Assembly (NCBI RefSeq): GCF_963921235.1
Contig: NC_086097.1
Coordinates: forward strand, 61,568,001 to 61,632,000
DNA: 64,000 nucleotides
Source: Mobula hypostoma
Lineage: Eukaryota
Direction: 5' to 3'
The position numbers and the translations under genes are program-made. Numbering within the stretch: the first letter of the stretch is position 1; each line of letters begins with the position of its first letter. The notes under the pieces are model-generated. The model saw only the letters and a list, made by a program, of their open reading frames with translations. It was not told the DNA's origin and searched no databases. This document shows positions 51,601 to 63,559 of this stretch, in pieces.

Positions 51601-52178
51601 ATACAATGAAAGTATGTACAGGGAGAAGTACAGATGCAGCAGATGACTTCAATTTGCAACAGATAGATTAAGACATTTATGAAATGTATAATAGGAATGA
51701 ATTCATAATTCTGGACATGAATTTTGATTATTACAAATGGAAGCAAAAATCAAAAGAGATGTAAAAGAGGATAGTGATTTGTTAATCTGTCTATGCCTGT
51801 GCTTCATATTAAAGAGCTGCTTAGGAAGAAAGCAGTTTGGAAATGACTAATTTTGGAAGTGAACCTTTGCATCAGCAATAAAACTGCACTGTTCCTATCA
51901 GATTAAATATTTCACACGGCATTGTATATATAATGAAAATTCATTTCTCTGCACTTCCAGTTTTTAATTTAGAAGATACCCTTTACTTCAATGGCTATGT
52001 TAAATACATATCCTTGTTCAGCTATTTAACAAGAACTAAATGAGAATAGGTTAGGTTAGAAAAATGCAGGCTGTCTCTGTGTCATCCCGGCTGGAGAAAA
52101 GTAAATCTCAAAATGTTCCCAGAATTTTTTTTTCATATTTACAAATCATTTATATGTTAACAAATGCAATTAGGCCAC

Positions 52179-52411
52179 TGTTGAGTATTTGATATTACCA
52201 TAATATTTGAGTCATATATAGGTTGACTAAGCATTTTTGTTCTTTAAACAAATTATTATGGATTAAATTTAAAAATACATTAGTTGCATATGTTATCACG
52301 CTACCACATGACACATGCACAGCTCACTTAATGTAAACTTGAACTAGACCCTTATTCCCAGACCCTCTTCATTTGAATTAATTTAATGTTTTGAAGTTAC
52401 AAATCATAACA
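52179..52411. mobile_element. Second copy of the short TG...CA element
   Basis: tgttg...cataaca termini. Shares taatatttga, ttgcatatgt.atca.gct and the 3' ~30 bp with 21641-21826. Confidence 0.55.
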
Positions 52412-52479
52412 ATTTGTGAGGTAATGAATCCTTCCTTCACTACGTGTGCTCCTGATGCATGGTCCTGTGGAGTCAGTGT

Positions 52480-52945
52480 CCTTTGCAATGCTCCTTTTCC
52501 ATTTTGGGTGGTCATAACTCAGAGTTTCGTCAGAGTCCATGGGAATAGTACAGAACTTTAAAGGACACTTTGATCACCTTTATCTATCTGGTAATCTCCT
52601 TCTAATATGAACTTCAGGACTGAGATCCTGTTTTGGGAATTTGCTATCAGGTGTGTAACATGGTTTAACCTGCCCCATTTAGTTGCCTGGGAATAAACAA
52701 GGCCTCAGTGCTGAAGATGTGCCCCGGGGGTGGGTACCAGCATTGGTTTACTTCTCCTTCCAGTGGGTTTGAAGACTTTAATGGAGAGAACTTTGATGAT
52801 ATTTTGTTTTCTGTGTCCTGAGACGTCAGTCTCAGTTAAAAAATATTTGTAAAATTATTGCCCGTTTGATCATAGGTTTAGTACCAGATCTGATACCTTG
52901 ATCTTCAAATGGCCTTTTCCTTTGTTGAACAAAGACTGCACTTGC
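52480..52945 (-). mobile_element. Old RTE-like LINE 3' remnant
   Basis: Loose colinearity with 7500-7980, e.g. ggtttacttctccttccagtgg (W-K...N on the minus strand) and cctgccccattt (RWAG-like). Confidence 0.5.
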
Positions 52946-54276
52946 GCATCAGTGGTAGTAATGAATGTATGTTGTAATCAATTTCTTAGTAAATTTAAGA
53001 AAGACACTTGTAAAATATCCTTTGTCCTTACATTTAGTAAGAGCCTTCTGGTAAGGTGAAATTGGTAAACATATCAAATTTTCAGAATCCAACCTGCCAA
53101 CAGGGCTTTCTTCTAATTTTATTATAAACATCCACAGAAGTCAACTGAAACTCAATTTGGGTTGAATCGAACTGCCGCTTGAATCTCTCAATCTTTTGTG
53201 CTAATTTGGGAGAATTAAAATGGGTTGAGAGAAAACAGTAGAACTCAGTAGAAACAATATACCTACTGTACATGTAAATGATACATTTTCCTATAATTGC
53301 AGTCAAGGGTAGCAATAATTAAGCCAGAGATATGAAAGACTATATTACATTATCTCACAATGCTCACATTAACCTAAATGGCTATTCAATTATCAAATGA
53401 CTTTTTCTTATTTCCATTAGAAATTACTGAAATTCCTTTCAACTAAAATCAAAAGAATAATTCTGATGGGGCAAGTCTGCTTACACAGTTTACCACTCAA
53501 ATAATGAATAGAGAAACTCAATGTCTCTTACTATTTGTAAACAATTTAACAAAGACTTCCTTTAGTCCATTTTGTTACTAGACTTGTGTTGCTGAAGGTG
53601 TCCAGGAGCAGTGTCATATCTTGTTCCTGTGCTGAGTGATACACAGGTCCTGGAAAGGACCTTTCAAGTTCTTTCACTAGTTGCTCCACATGCCTCAATT
53701 TGCACTACCTTCCTGTACAATATAACACCATCCCTCATGATTTTAAATCAGTCAGCAAGAAATTGAAGTCAGCATTTCAATTTCTATCTGTATGAGAGCA
53801 TTAACTGGCATATCACATTTCTCCATTACTTTTTTTTAACCTTTATTATGCTGAAGTTTTGTTGTAAAACGTGTTGAGTTTTGCATTTGAGGCAGGTTCA
53901 TTTGAATGTTGCTGCTTCCATCTTTGTCAGTCATCCCTGGTGATACCACATTTGGTAGAGTTATTGATTTTCCCTCTCAATACCATGTTTCTATTTTCCC
54001 CTAACTGCCTACAGTCCTTCCAGTTTGAACTGTCAGCTGTAAATATTGATTCATGATACAGTTTCATGCATCTGCATTAATGACCAGCTTCCCTTTACCA
54101 ACATGTTCTATGTGTTAAAACTCTCATCCACTTAATCCTAAGTGGAGAGCTGGAGTGACGGTGCCGCTGCCTGGTGAACTTAACTCGTACTTCTAAGTTG
54201 CAACTAACTGACCAAATGAAGGAAAGTCTTAGAATGTGTAACCCACTGTGCCTATTTAGCGGTAAATTTCCAGAAA

Positions 54277-54503
54277 AAGATGGTGCCAGCAAACAACGCT
54301 TCCAAAGGCAAGGTCCTCAAGACGGATCACGGAGCTATTGCTTTCACTCGTTTTACATCTCCATTTTATTTCAGATGTGGTTCTACTATTGTTACAGCCT
54401 GTAATCTACACTCTGGTGGAGGGATTTCGGGCCGATCGGGCGATCTTGTTCTTTGCGGTCTCTGAGAGCGTGCCACAATAAATGAATGTACTTTGAACTT
54501 TGA
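54277..54503 (+). mobile_element. Short retroposed element with aagatgg head and Rex1-type (ACTTTGA)n tail
   Basis: aaagatggtgcc start. Ends aataaatgaatgtactttgaactttgaa, like the tail near 48500. Confidence 0.5.
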
Positions 54504-54721
54504 AAGGGAAATAAAATTACCTAGAATAACATAAGCCTTCGGAGATTGTCAAGGTGAAGAGAGAATTGAACAGCTCTTTGAACAGTGTTATTTTCCCAAT
54601 GTGATGTTTAGGGACAGTGTGAGACAGTGAGGATCAGTGAGTTTAAAGAAATGCAGCAGACAGAGGTCACATAGGGTGAGGGTCAGTAAGGGAGACAAGC
54701 TCCATAAACAAGATTATATGA

Positions 54722-54845
54722 AAGACTGCTGGTACTGAAAATCCTGAGCAACGGACAAAAATGCCAGAGGAACTCAGCAGATCAGGTAGCAGCTATTGAG
54801 GGGAATGAACAGTTAATATTTTGAGCCAAGACCCTTCATCAGGAT
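54722..54845 (-). mobile_element. Penelope-like hammerhead insert (copy 6)
   Basis: Minus strand ATCCTGATGAAGGGTCTTGGCTCAAAATATTAACTG. Body agaggaactcagcagatcagg. Confidence 0.75.
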
Positions 54846-55676
54846 GTGACAATACCTGTGGTTTCATCTCTGATTGTGCTTGTATGTGTGTGTAAGTGGG
54901 TGACAGACACATTAATTCTATATAACACAGCTTGTCGTCAAATTATTTTGAACCTCCTCACCACTGGACCAGCTTTGTGGTATCTGTTGTGCAGTGGCCA
55001 CTCTGTGTTAAAATGCTTCACTTGAAGGCATCAGACCTGGAGAGAAAGTAGGTTGCTTTCCATTCCAGGGGACTGCTTAAGAAGCAGAAGAAATGTAAAT
55101 ACATGTAATTTTTGAAGAACATACTAATTTATAGCTTCTGCCTTTGTATACTAACTGATGAAATCTCTTGAAATGCTTTGCTTTTTTTGGATTCACATAG
55201 GTTCTGTTGAACCACTATGCTAAGCATAAAATTATTGGTTACTGTTTACAAGATTAATGCATAAATGCTTAACAGGTTCATTCACTATCTTGGCTGCTAC
55301 ACAGTTGCTTTAGTTAGTTAGTACCTTAATGAAAATTTAGATGTGTATCATGCAGAACATTTGTAAATGAACTTTACCATTAATTACAGAAGGAAATTAG
55401 ACTATCTAATGGTGTAGTGACACAACAATCACATTTTCCATTCACTGGGCTAGATATACTATCATGGAAGCAGAGAAAATTACACTCAGCCTTTCAAACG
55501 ATGGCTCATGTAAGTAACAACATTTGGTAAAGAAAGAAATGGATTTGAAGACCTTGGATCAGAGGATATACTAACGAACCTCCCCGGACCCACAACAAGC
55601 CAAGCAGTGAATCCAGAACCATTGAATAAAGGAACAAATTTGAAGTGAAGCTCAAAGGGATAAAGGTCTGTTTATA

Positions 55677-56196
55677 CATTCAGTGACCACTTTATTATGC
55701 ACACCTGTACACCTGCTTGATAAGGCAAATATCTAATCAGCTAATCACACGGCAGCAACTGAATGCATAAAATCATGTAGATATGATCAAGAGGTTGAGT
55801 TATTGTTCATACCAAATATCAGAGTGTGCAAGAAATGTGACCTAAGTGACTTTGACTACAGAATGATTTTTAGTGCAGACAGGGTGCTTTGAGTATCTCA
55901 GAAACTTGGGATTTTCACACACAACAGTCTCTAGAGCTTATAGAGAACAGCACAGTAACACTAGAGATCCAGTGAGCGGCAGTTTTGTGGGTGAAAACTC
56001 CTTGTTAATGAGAAAGATCAGGGGAGAATGGCCAGACTGGTTCAAGCTGACAGAAAGGTGACAGTAATTCAAATAACAGTGGTGTACAGAAAAGCATCTC
56101 TGAACACACAACACATTGTACCTTGTAGTGTAGGGGCTACAGCCTCAGAAGACCACAAACATACATTCAGAGGCCATTTTATTAGGTAAAGGAGTG
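55677..56196 (+). mobile_element. Second copy of the non-autonomous Tc1 element
   Basis: Colinear with 23593-24104. TA before cattcagtgaccactttatt. ORF 55873..56061 contains LGFSHTTVSRAYRE. Confidence 0.85.
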
Positions 56197-56528
56197 TATA
56201 TGTCTATCTTCCTATGTGTTTTCAATAAACACTTCACGATTTGTAGGTGAAATATGTTGTGGGAAATTTAAAGTACTTACTGCCTTAAAGAGGCACATTA
56301 ATTTGTCTCTGTTTCAGAAGCAAGTTTCATAAAACCATATGTAGCTAAATTTGAGTGCATTAAATTTTAATTATAATTTGCATAAATACTTTGATGATAA
56401 TGAAGGAAATCATCCCAAGATAATTCACTAATGTGTTATCAGACGTGGTTTGACTCTAGACAATATAAGTAGGCACTGGGTTCAGATGATCAAGAGTGTG
56501 GTCAAAAGGGTAGGTCTTGTGAAACCCC

Positions 56529-57354
56529 TGTAATGCCCCTGGTCAAGACTTCTGCTACAATGCTGTGAGGTCACTTTATTAGCAAATTTTTGTAAATCAA
56601 TGTAGCTTGCTGGAAAATGTGTTTTGGTTTTGGCTAAGATAACGAGACACATTGTCCAACTTAGGAATGTGTGTTACTCAGTCAGGATTGTGGGATGTAA
56701 GAGAAGGTTCTAAAGGGCTGTGGGGAAGAGTTTTCTGAAAGAATGTAGTCTGGTTTAGGGTCTTTTGGTGGGAGCTGCGGAGTGGGGCACATGGGAAGAT
56801 GCCACAGAATGCCGTGGGAAGGGGAGTCCCCGTTGCAAGAAGTGCTTTGTGCAAATGAATGGCTCCAAGAAAGAAGGGCCAATATTCCTGAGAGAGCCAA
56901 TTCGTTGGAGATGGTTTTTGAGGGGAGTTCAGAATGTGGCGGGTGCTTTCAAGTAGACCGTGGGTTCAGCGTATGAGTAAGAGACACCCCCCAAATACTC
57001 CAATGGTCATGTGCACACTGGACTGGTTGAACTATAATGGGCCCTTTTATTTTTCTTTTCTTTTTCTGTAACTGTTCATTAAAGTTGAGAAGTTGGTAAA
57101 TATACGTTCTTTATAATTTTATGCTGGTACACAATCTGTCATTTCTGGGTTACTGATAAATGAGTATGAGTAGTATTTTACAGCATTCATTCAGATCGAG
57201 GTTCCTATAATCGGAACGTCACAATGTTCCGGTTGGGTTGAAACCCAAATCATACGGACCCGAGACAGATATTCTTTATGAAAGATGGCCATCTCACCGC
57301 TGAGTCACGTGCTGTTAGCAGAGTTAGCAAACGAGCTCCTGTAGGAGGATTACA
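56529..57354. mobile_element. Probable solo LTR (~826 bp)
   Basis: Perfect 6-bp inverted termini TGTAAT...ATTACA. Flanks cccc / tccc. attaaa near 57078. No coding similarity seen. Confidence 0.65.
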
Positions 57355-57729
57355 TCCCTAAAATGATAAAAAGAGGGTAGGGGCAAAAGAGTTTCAAGTA
57401 TTTAGGGATAATGAAGAAGTCAGAATTAGGAGGACAAGTACCCACAAGATTGTAGGGTTCAAGCAGTTACAGAGGCAGGAGTTGCATAGCCTCAAAGTAA
57501 CTTGAAAATAGGGTTCTAACTTTCAAAAACTTGCTAACATCTTAAAATTAGGGAAATTTTGATCAGCAGAAGGAGAAAGCATAAATCAGATGCATTCAAT
57601 TAGTATCAAATGAATGCATCCTTTAAAGGTTATAGGGACATAGCAGAAACTTTGGGAAAGAGGTTAGGAAGGCAAAGAGTAGATCCATTCTCTCCCTCTC
57701 CTGCCCCGGGACATATGAATGGGGTTATA

Positions 57730-59490
57730 ATGAATACAGTAATTCTCATCTGAATTAATCAAGGGGGAGGATGCAGAAGGCGGAGAATTAGCGGACTGGA
57801 ATTTTGATATTCTGGAATATATTAAGGCGGGGAACACCCCGGGACCTGACTGGATCCAAACCAGGATGCTCTCAGAAGCAAGGGAAGAGATTGCTAGTGC
57901 TCTGACTGAGATTTTTGCATCTTGATTAGCCATGGATGACTGAGGGATAGCAAATGCTGTGTCATTATTTCAAAAATGCAGTAGGGATAAGCAAGGAAAC
58001 TATAGACTAGTTCCTTAAGGGACAGGATTCATGTTTTCTTGGAAAGAGAGGGCCTGATTAAGGGAGTCAGTATTCTTTGGTATGGGGGAGATCCTGTCTC
58101 ACAAATCTAATTGAAGTTTCTTGAGCAGCTATCTAAGAAAACTAATGAAAGCAAGGTGATAGACCAGGTATACATGGATGGACTTTAGTAAGGCTTTAGA
58201 CATGCATGGTAGATTGGTCCAGAAGTTAAGGCCGATGGCATCCAGGGTGTGTTGCCAAATAGGATTTAAATTTGTCTTGGTGATAGGAGGGAGGAGGTTG
58301 TGATTGAGAGGGGTTTTTCTGACTGAAATTCGGTAACTTATAATGTGCTACTTGGAATAGTATAGGGCTGTTTGTGGTTTGTCATATATATAATATTTAT
58401 TTAACAGCTTTATTATCACTGGCAGGCATAATGTGAAATTTGTTATTTTGCAGTCACAGTATAGTGTGAAGACATAAAATTACTACAAATAAATAAATAA
58501 ATAGTACTAAAAAGGAAATGGCATTCATCGGTTCATGAACTATTCATAAATCTTATGGTGGAGGGGCAGAAACTGTTTCTGAATGATTAATTTGAACGAG
58601 AGCATATGTGGACTAATTAGTAAATGTGCTGATGACATGAAAGTTGTTGCAGATGTAGAGTGCTAAGAGTTCGACAGAGAGGTGGCAGATGGAATTTAGT
58701 CCACCCAAGCGTGAGGTAAGGCATTTAATTCCAAGAGATTTTGCAGGTGCTGGAAGTCCAAAGCAACACACATAAAATACTGGAGGAACTCAGCAGGCCA
58801 GGCAGCATCTATGGAAATGAATACACAGTCGTCGTTTCAGGCTGAGACCCTTCATCAGGAAATGCTAAATAGAGATACACAGTGAAGGGTAGGAACCATT
58901 GTTTATGTACAAACAGATTCCAGGGTGAAGTCACAGGTGGATAGAGAAGGGAAGAAGATATTTTGCATGCATACCATCATAGGCTGAGCCTTTGAGTACA
59001 AGAACTGGTACACCATATTGCAGGCGTAAAAAAGAATGTTGATTAATCTAGACTTGTATATGGTTCTGGCCGTCATACTGCAGAAAGAATGTGAAAGAGT
59101 TTCATTGGGATATTGCCAGGCTTGGAGGTCTGAAGATCTGATAAGCTGGGTTTGTTCTTATTGGAACATAAGAGGACAGAAGGGTGATTTTTTGGGGGCT
59201 TATAAGATTATAAGGGATGTACATAAGATATGTAGTCAGAGTCTTATTCCGAGGGTAGGAGAGACTAAAGGTTGAAGGTGAGATGGGGGTGGGGGGGGGA
59301 GTCTAAGAGATAGAATTTTGACATAGAGGAATGTGGTTACATGGAAGAAACGTCCAACCGAGGTGGTAGAGATTAAAACAACTACAGTGTTTCAAAGGCA
59401 TTTAGGCAGAACCTGAATAGACATCCAGGTTACCAAGGATGAATTGGGCCGAAGGTCCCATTTCTGCTCTGTACAACTCTATGACTCTAA
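57730..59490 (+). mobile_element. Old CR1 LINE with a Rex1-tail insert (~58395-58590) and a hammerhead insert
   Basis: ccccgggacctgac (PGPD), aactatagactag (NYR), gactttagtaaggc (DFSKA), gctgatgac (ADD). Tail ctctatgactcta near 59480. Confidence 0.75.
58733..58860 (-). mobile_element. Penelope-like hammerhead insert (copy 7)
   Basis: Minus strand TCCTGATGAAGGGTCTCAGCCTGAAACGACGACTG. Full body present. Confidence 0.85.
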
Positions 59491-61519
59491 AATGCCTATA
59501 TTGGCCAGCTAAGATCCAAGTGATGATGAAACTGGATGTGACACTGAGCCAGGACATGAACTGCAGAGATGAATTCAAGTCTGAAGAGTGTATAATCCAA
59601 GAGAGGGAAGAGGGTTGAAGCCGCAGGTCAGTTGAGGCAAAGATGAAGCTAATGGATGTTGCTACTGTGGTACAAGCCTACGTGAGTGATGGGATAGAAT
59701 ATTCTGATTCACTTTCGGAGAGAAAGAGTCAGTAGCCAAGGGATGGGGATGGTGGCTGTGGTCCAGATTTTACTGAGAACTGCCAACAACTCAGTGTCAT
59801 TGCCATTGCGCTCCGAAGTTGGACTCGTTATGGAATCCGGTCGCTGAACGTCAGATGCCTGCTGTTTGTCTGATGCCTGCCTGCTGAACCAGGTTCAATC
59901 TAATGCAGGTTCAGTAATTCTGTTCTTCTTAATAGACAGAACCGGCTGTGAAGTAAAGAGGTCAGTACAAGGAATTTACATTATTTAAATTAACAGTTAA
60001 CTTAAATGTACTTAATTATTTTATATGCTTTATAATGTTTTAAGTAGTTTAAATTTAAACAAGTGTAATCATTTTGAATGTTTAATTGTGTGCTTAATTA
60101 ATGTTTGAAACATTTCAGATTTTTATGCACGTCAGAAATATTTCTGCATTCCATATTAAAATACATTTTCAATGGTTCTATATCAAATTGTGACTTAATT
60201 GGAAGTTTCAAATCCTTAGACTCTATCCTTGCTGTTTGTGATTTCTTTCCGTGCTTGATATGAAGTCTACGTAATTATTATTGATGAAATTTAATTATAT
60301 CCACAACTTTAAAAAAAAACACTCTTGCAAAGACAGAATGCATGCACCCACATGTGAATACCACATACTAGTTATATTTTAATAAATGCAGAAGAGTCCT
60401 AAAGCCCCAGTGTGAACGGCAATGAGTCAGTAACTCATTGTAAAAGGACTTCAATTACTTATTTTTAAATAGTTGAATGTACTTCTTTAAAGCTGAGTAA
60501 ATTGTTTCAAATTTGTTAAAATCAATGGTATTCAACATATAGAGGTTGCCACACAAAAAAACTAAAATCAAATTGGTGACCTTTTGTGACAGCAAATAAA
60601 CAATCAAATTGAACTTGGTATACTCAATTTTCCTTTCTGCACAACATTTTACAGGCTAACCAATAGTTCTGCTGGTCTTTGTATCAGGGGCTATGGGAGC
60701 CATTTTAATACTAAGAAAAGGATAACATATGAAATGTTCAGTATCTGCAACTGTGTTGAGAATATGAATGTACGGGATCAGAACAATGTGATGCAGTGAA
60801 CAATATCTCCTGATCTTCCTATACCATTAATTTATTTTTTCCCATTTTAATACATGATCAAAATCTATGAGAGCTGTGTACTGAATAATCAACTGTAAGG
60901 CAGCCTAAACAGCAGCGCAATCTGAAAGCTAATGTGAATGCAAGGGTAGACTGCATTGTGCCTTGTGCCTGTTCTTAGGCCTTGAACATGTTTAGTATGA
61001 CTTGGCAACATTCACCTTCAACAGTGCCCGTGTTAACAGACATCAACTTTATTTAATGTCTTTGTAAATTTGTATTCAGAAAATAGCTCTACATCGCAGT
61101 TTCTGTTTGATATGGGCTCTCTCACATTTCCTATACTTACACAGACTTGGACACAGGGATGTTGCTGTCATCTGAATATTTCTGGGTTTTCCTATGACAT
61201 TGGGAAGGATATCCAACTAACTCAAACCATGCCTGTTATACTGATACTGGACTGTCTCAACCTAGATATGTAGAATCTTTCATTCTGCTGACAATTGCCT
61301 AGAGGATTTCCACAGTTTTTTTGCAATGCTGTATTTTCTACAGGGAATCCAGGGACAGTAAAAATGGGTCAAACAGTATCATGACTCTTCATCCAAATGA
61401 TCCATGGAATATGTAAACTGAGCAGCGTGATTCAAAATATTTAAATTGAACTAAATATTAAGGACTGTTATTTCAATTTAGAGTCATGTACAGGAATCAA
61501 TAGTGTGGAAAACAGAGAT

Positions 61520-61715
61520 AAAAATTCAAATTTCAAAGTAAGATAATTACCAAAGTACATAAATGTCACCAAATACGAACCTGAAATTAATTTTCTTCCA
61601 GGCAGACTCAGTAAATCCATAAGTGAAAAATACCCATAATCATTGAAAGACACACCAACTTGGGCTTTCAAACAATATGCAAGAAACAACAAACTGTGTG
61701 AATACAAAAAGAAAC

Positions 61716-61751
<36 letters not shown>

Positions 61752-62240
61752 GCAATAAATATCAAGATCATGAGATGAAGAGTCCTTGAAAGTGAGTCCA
61801 TAGTTGTGGGAACAGTCAAGTGAAGTTGATTGGAAGATATCCCCTTTGGTTCAAGGCCTAATAGTTGAGGAGAAATAACTGTTTCTGAAGTTGGTGGTGT
61901 GAATCCTGTACCTTCTGTGCCTTATTCCTGATGGCAACAGCAAGAAGACAGCATGACTTGGGTGGTGGGGGTTCTCTGATGATGGATGCTCCTTTCCTGC
62001 AACAATGCTTTGTGTAGATGTGCTCAGTAGTGGGGAGGGCTTTCCCCATGATGGACTGGGCTGTATCCTCTACTTTTTGTACGACTTTCCATTTAAGGGC
62101 ACTGTTGTTTCCATACCAGGCTGTGATCCAACAAGTCAATATACACTTCACCACTCATCTATAGAAGTTAGTCAAAGTTTTAAATGTCATGTCAAATCTT
62201 TGAAAACTGAAGGAAGTAGAGGCAATTCCGTGCTTTGACA
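61520..62240 (-). mobile_element. Rex1-type LINE 3' fragment
   Basis: ORF 61858..62154 contains ILTCWITAWYGN...VEDTAQSIMG...KGASIIRE. Tail aattcaaatttcaaagtaa near 61523. Confidence 0.8.
61716..61746. repeat. (AAT)n microsatellite, about 10 units
   Basis: Directly visible aataataat run inside the Rex1 3' UTR. Confidence 0.9.
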
Positions 62241-62968
62241 TATATTAATTTCCCAAATGATTCTTCGAAACAACTATTACCATGTTTTACCATTTGGGTG
62301 TGAATTGGGCATTCTAGCAGCTGGAAAATGATGATATGGAGTTTCTTTCCATTCCCAATTATCTTCACCAAGGGCACAGATTAGAGGCTAGCATTTCTTG
62401 TCAGGTGTCAGTGCTGCTCAGGGACTAAGTGAGAGGGGGAAAAGCTTTTCAATCTTCATTCTGTTGGAAGATCAGGAGTCATCATCATAGTTGTAGAGAA
62501 ATGCAGCACAGAAACTGCTCCTTCGGCCCATCAACTCTATACAGCCATGAGGGAGTGCAATACTGTAACTCCTCTTAGGGAATGAGATAGTGCAAGTAAC
62601 TTAAGTGGAGTCAGGCAGCACTTCAGTTCTCGTGAATATAACTCTATTTAAGATAGTGATGGAAAAGTTTAGCCCAGGTCCACAGGTCAGAGTCCTAAAC
62701 TGGCACAGGGCTAATTTTAGGGGATATTAGACCGGATCCAGCAGAGATTGATCAGGTGAGCCTATTTGAAAGGAAAGGAATGAATGACAAGTGGAATGCT
62801 TTTAAGAGTGTGATAACAAGTGTCCAAGAGTAGCATGTTCCTTTTAGGGTGAAGGGTAAATCTGACAAGTTGAGAAAACCTTAGCTGACAAGAGATATTG
62901 AGGCTCTGCTCAAGAAAAATATTGAAACATACATAAAGTTTAGGAGTTCAGGATTGAGCAAATCCTTC

Positions 62969-63103
62969 CACAAACGAGAGAAAATCTGGAGATGCTGGAA
63001 ATCCAAGCAACACACACAAAATACCAGAGGAACTCAGCAGGCCAGGCAGCATCTGTTGAAAAGAGTGCAGTCAACATTTCAGGCCGAGAGCCTTCGGCAG
63101 GAC
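62969..63103 (-). mobile_element. Penelope-like hammerhead insert (copy 8), following a CR1 fragment (~62660-62968)
   Basis: Minus strand GTCCTGCCGAAGGCTCTCGGCCTGAAATGTTGACTG. Longest body in the window (acaaacgagagaaaatctggagatgctgg...). Confidence 0.85.
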
Positions 63104-63109
63104 CTTTGA

Positions 63110-63360
63110 TGACTGTGACCTTGGGTGCTGTCAGTCTGGAGTTTGCATGTTCTCCCTGTGACCATATGGGTTTCTGCCAGGTGCTGTGGTACTCTCCCAC
63201 ATCCCAAAATGGCCACTGTAAGTTGTGAGAGTGAGCAATAGAATGCTGATGGCAAAGTGGGAAGAATAAAATAAAATTAGTGAAAATGAGCACTTAGTCA
63301 TAGAATCATAGCAGGATTGCCTCTGTCTTGATGCAAGCCAAAGGGCTTGTATCCATGCTG
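63110..63360 (+). mobile_element. V-SINE (HE1-like) fragment
   Basis: tggagtttgcatgttctccctgtgaccatatgggtttctgccaggtgctgtggtactctcccacatcccaaa matches the V-domain core as I recall it. Confidence 0.75.
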
Positions 63361-63559
63361 ATTTGCTCAATGATTTAGTGACTAAGTGCCCATATTTACT
63401 AATCCTATTTTATTCTCCCCATTTTGCCATCAACTACCCGCATATTCTACCAGTCTGCCAGGTCTGCTCCTACAGCACCTCCCAGGCTCCACCCAGATAA
63501 TAGGATTCACCTGCCACTCTCTTCCGATCCACCGACTCTTGGCAGGCATTTCCCACCAG

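Noticed and set aside
61468..61755. Poly-tyrosine ORF
   Set aside because: Translation of the (AAT)n microsatellite.
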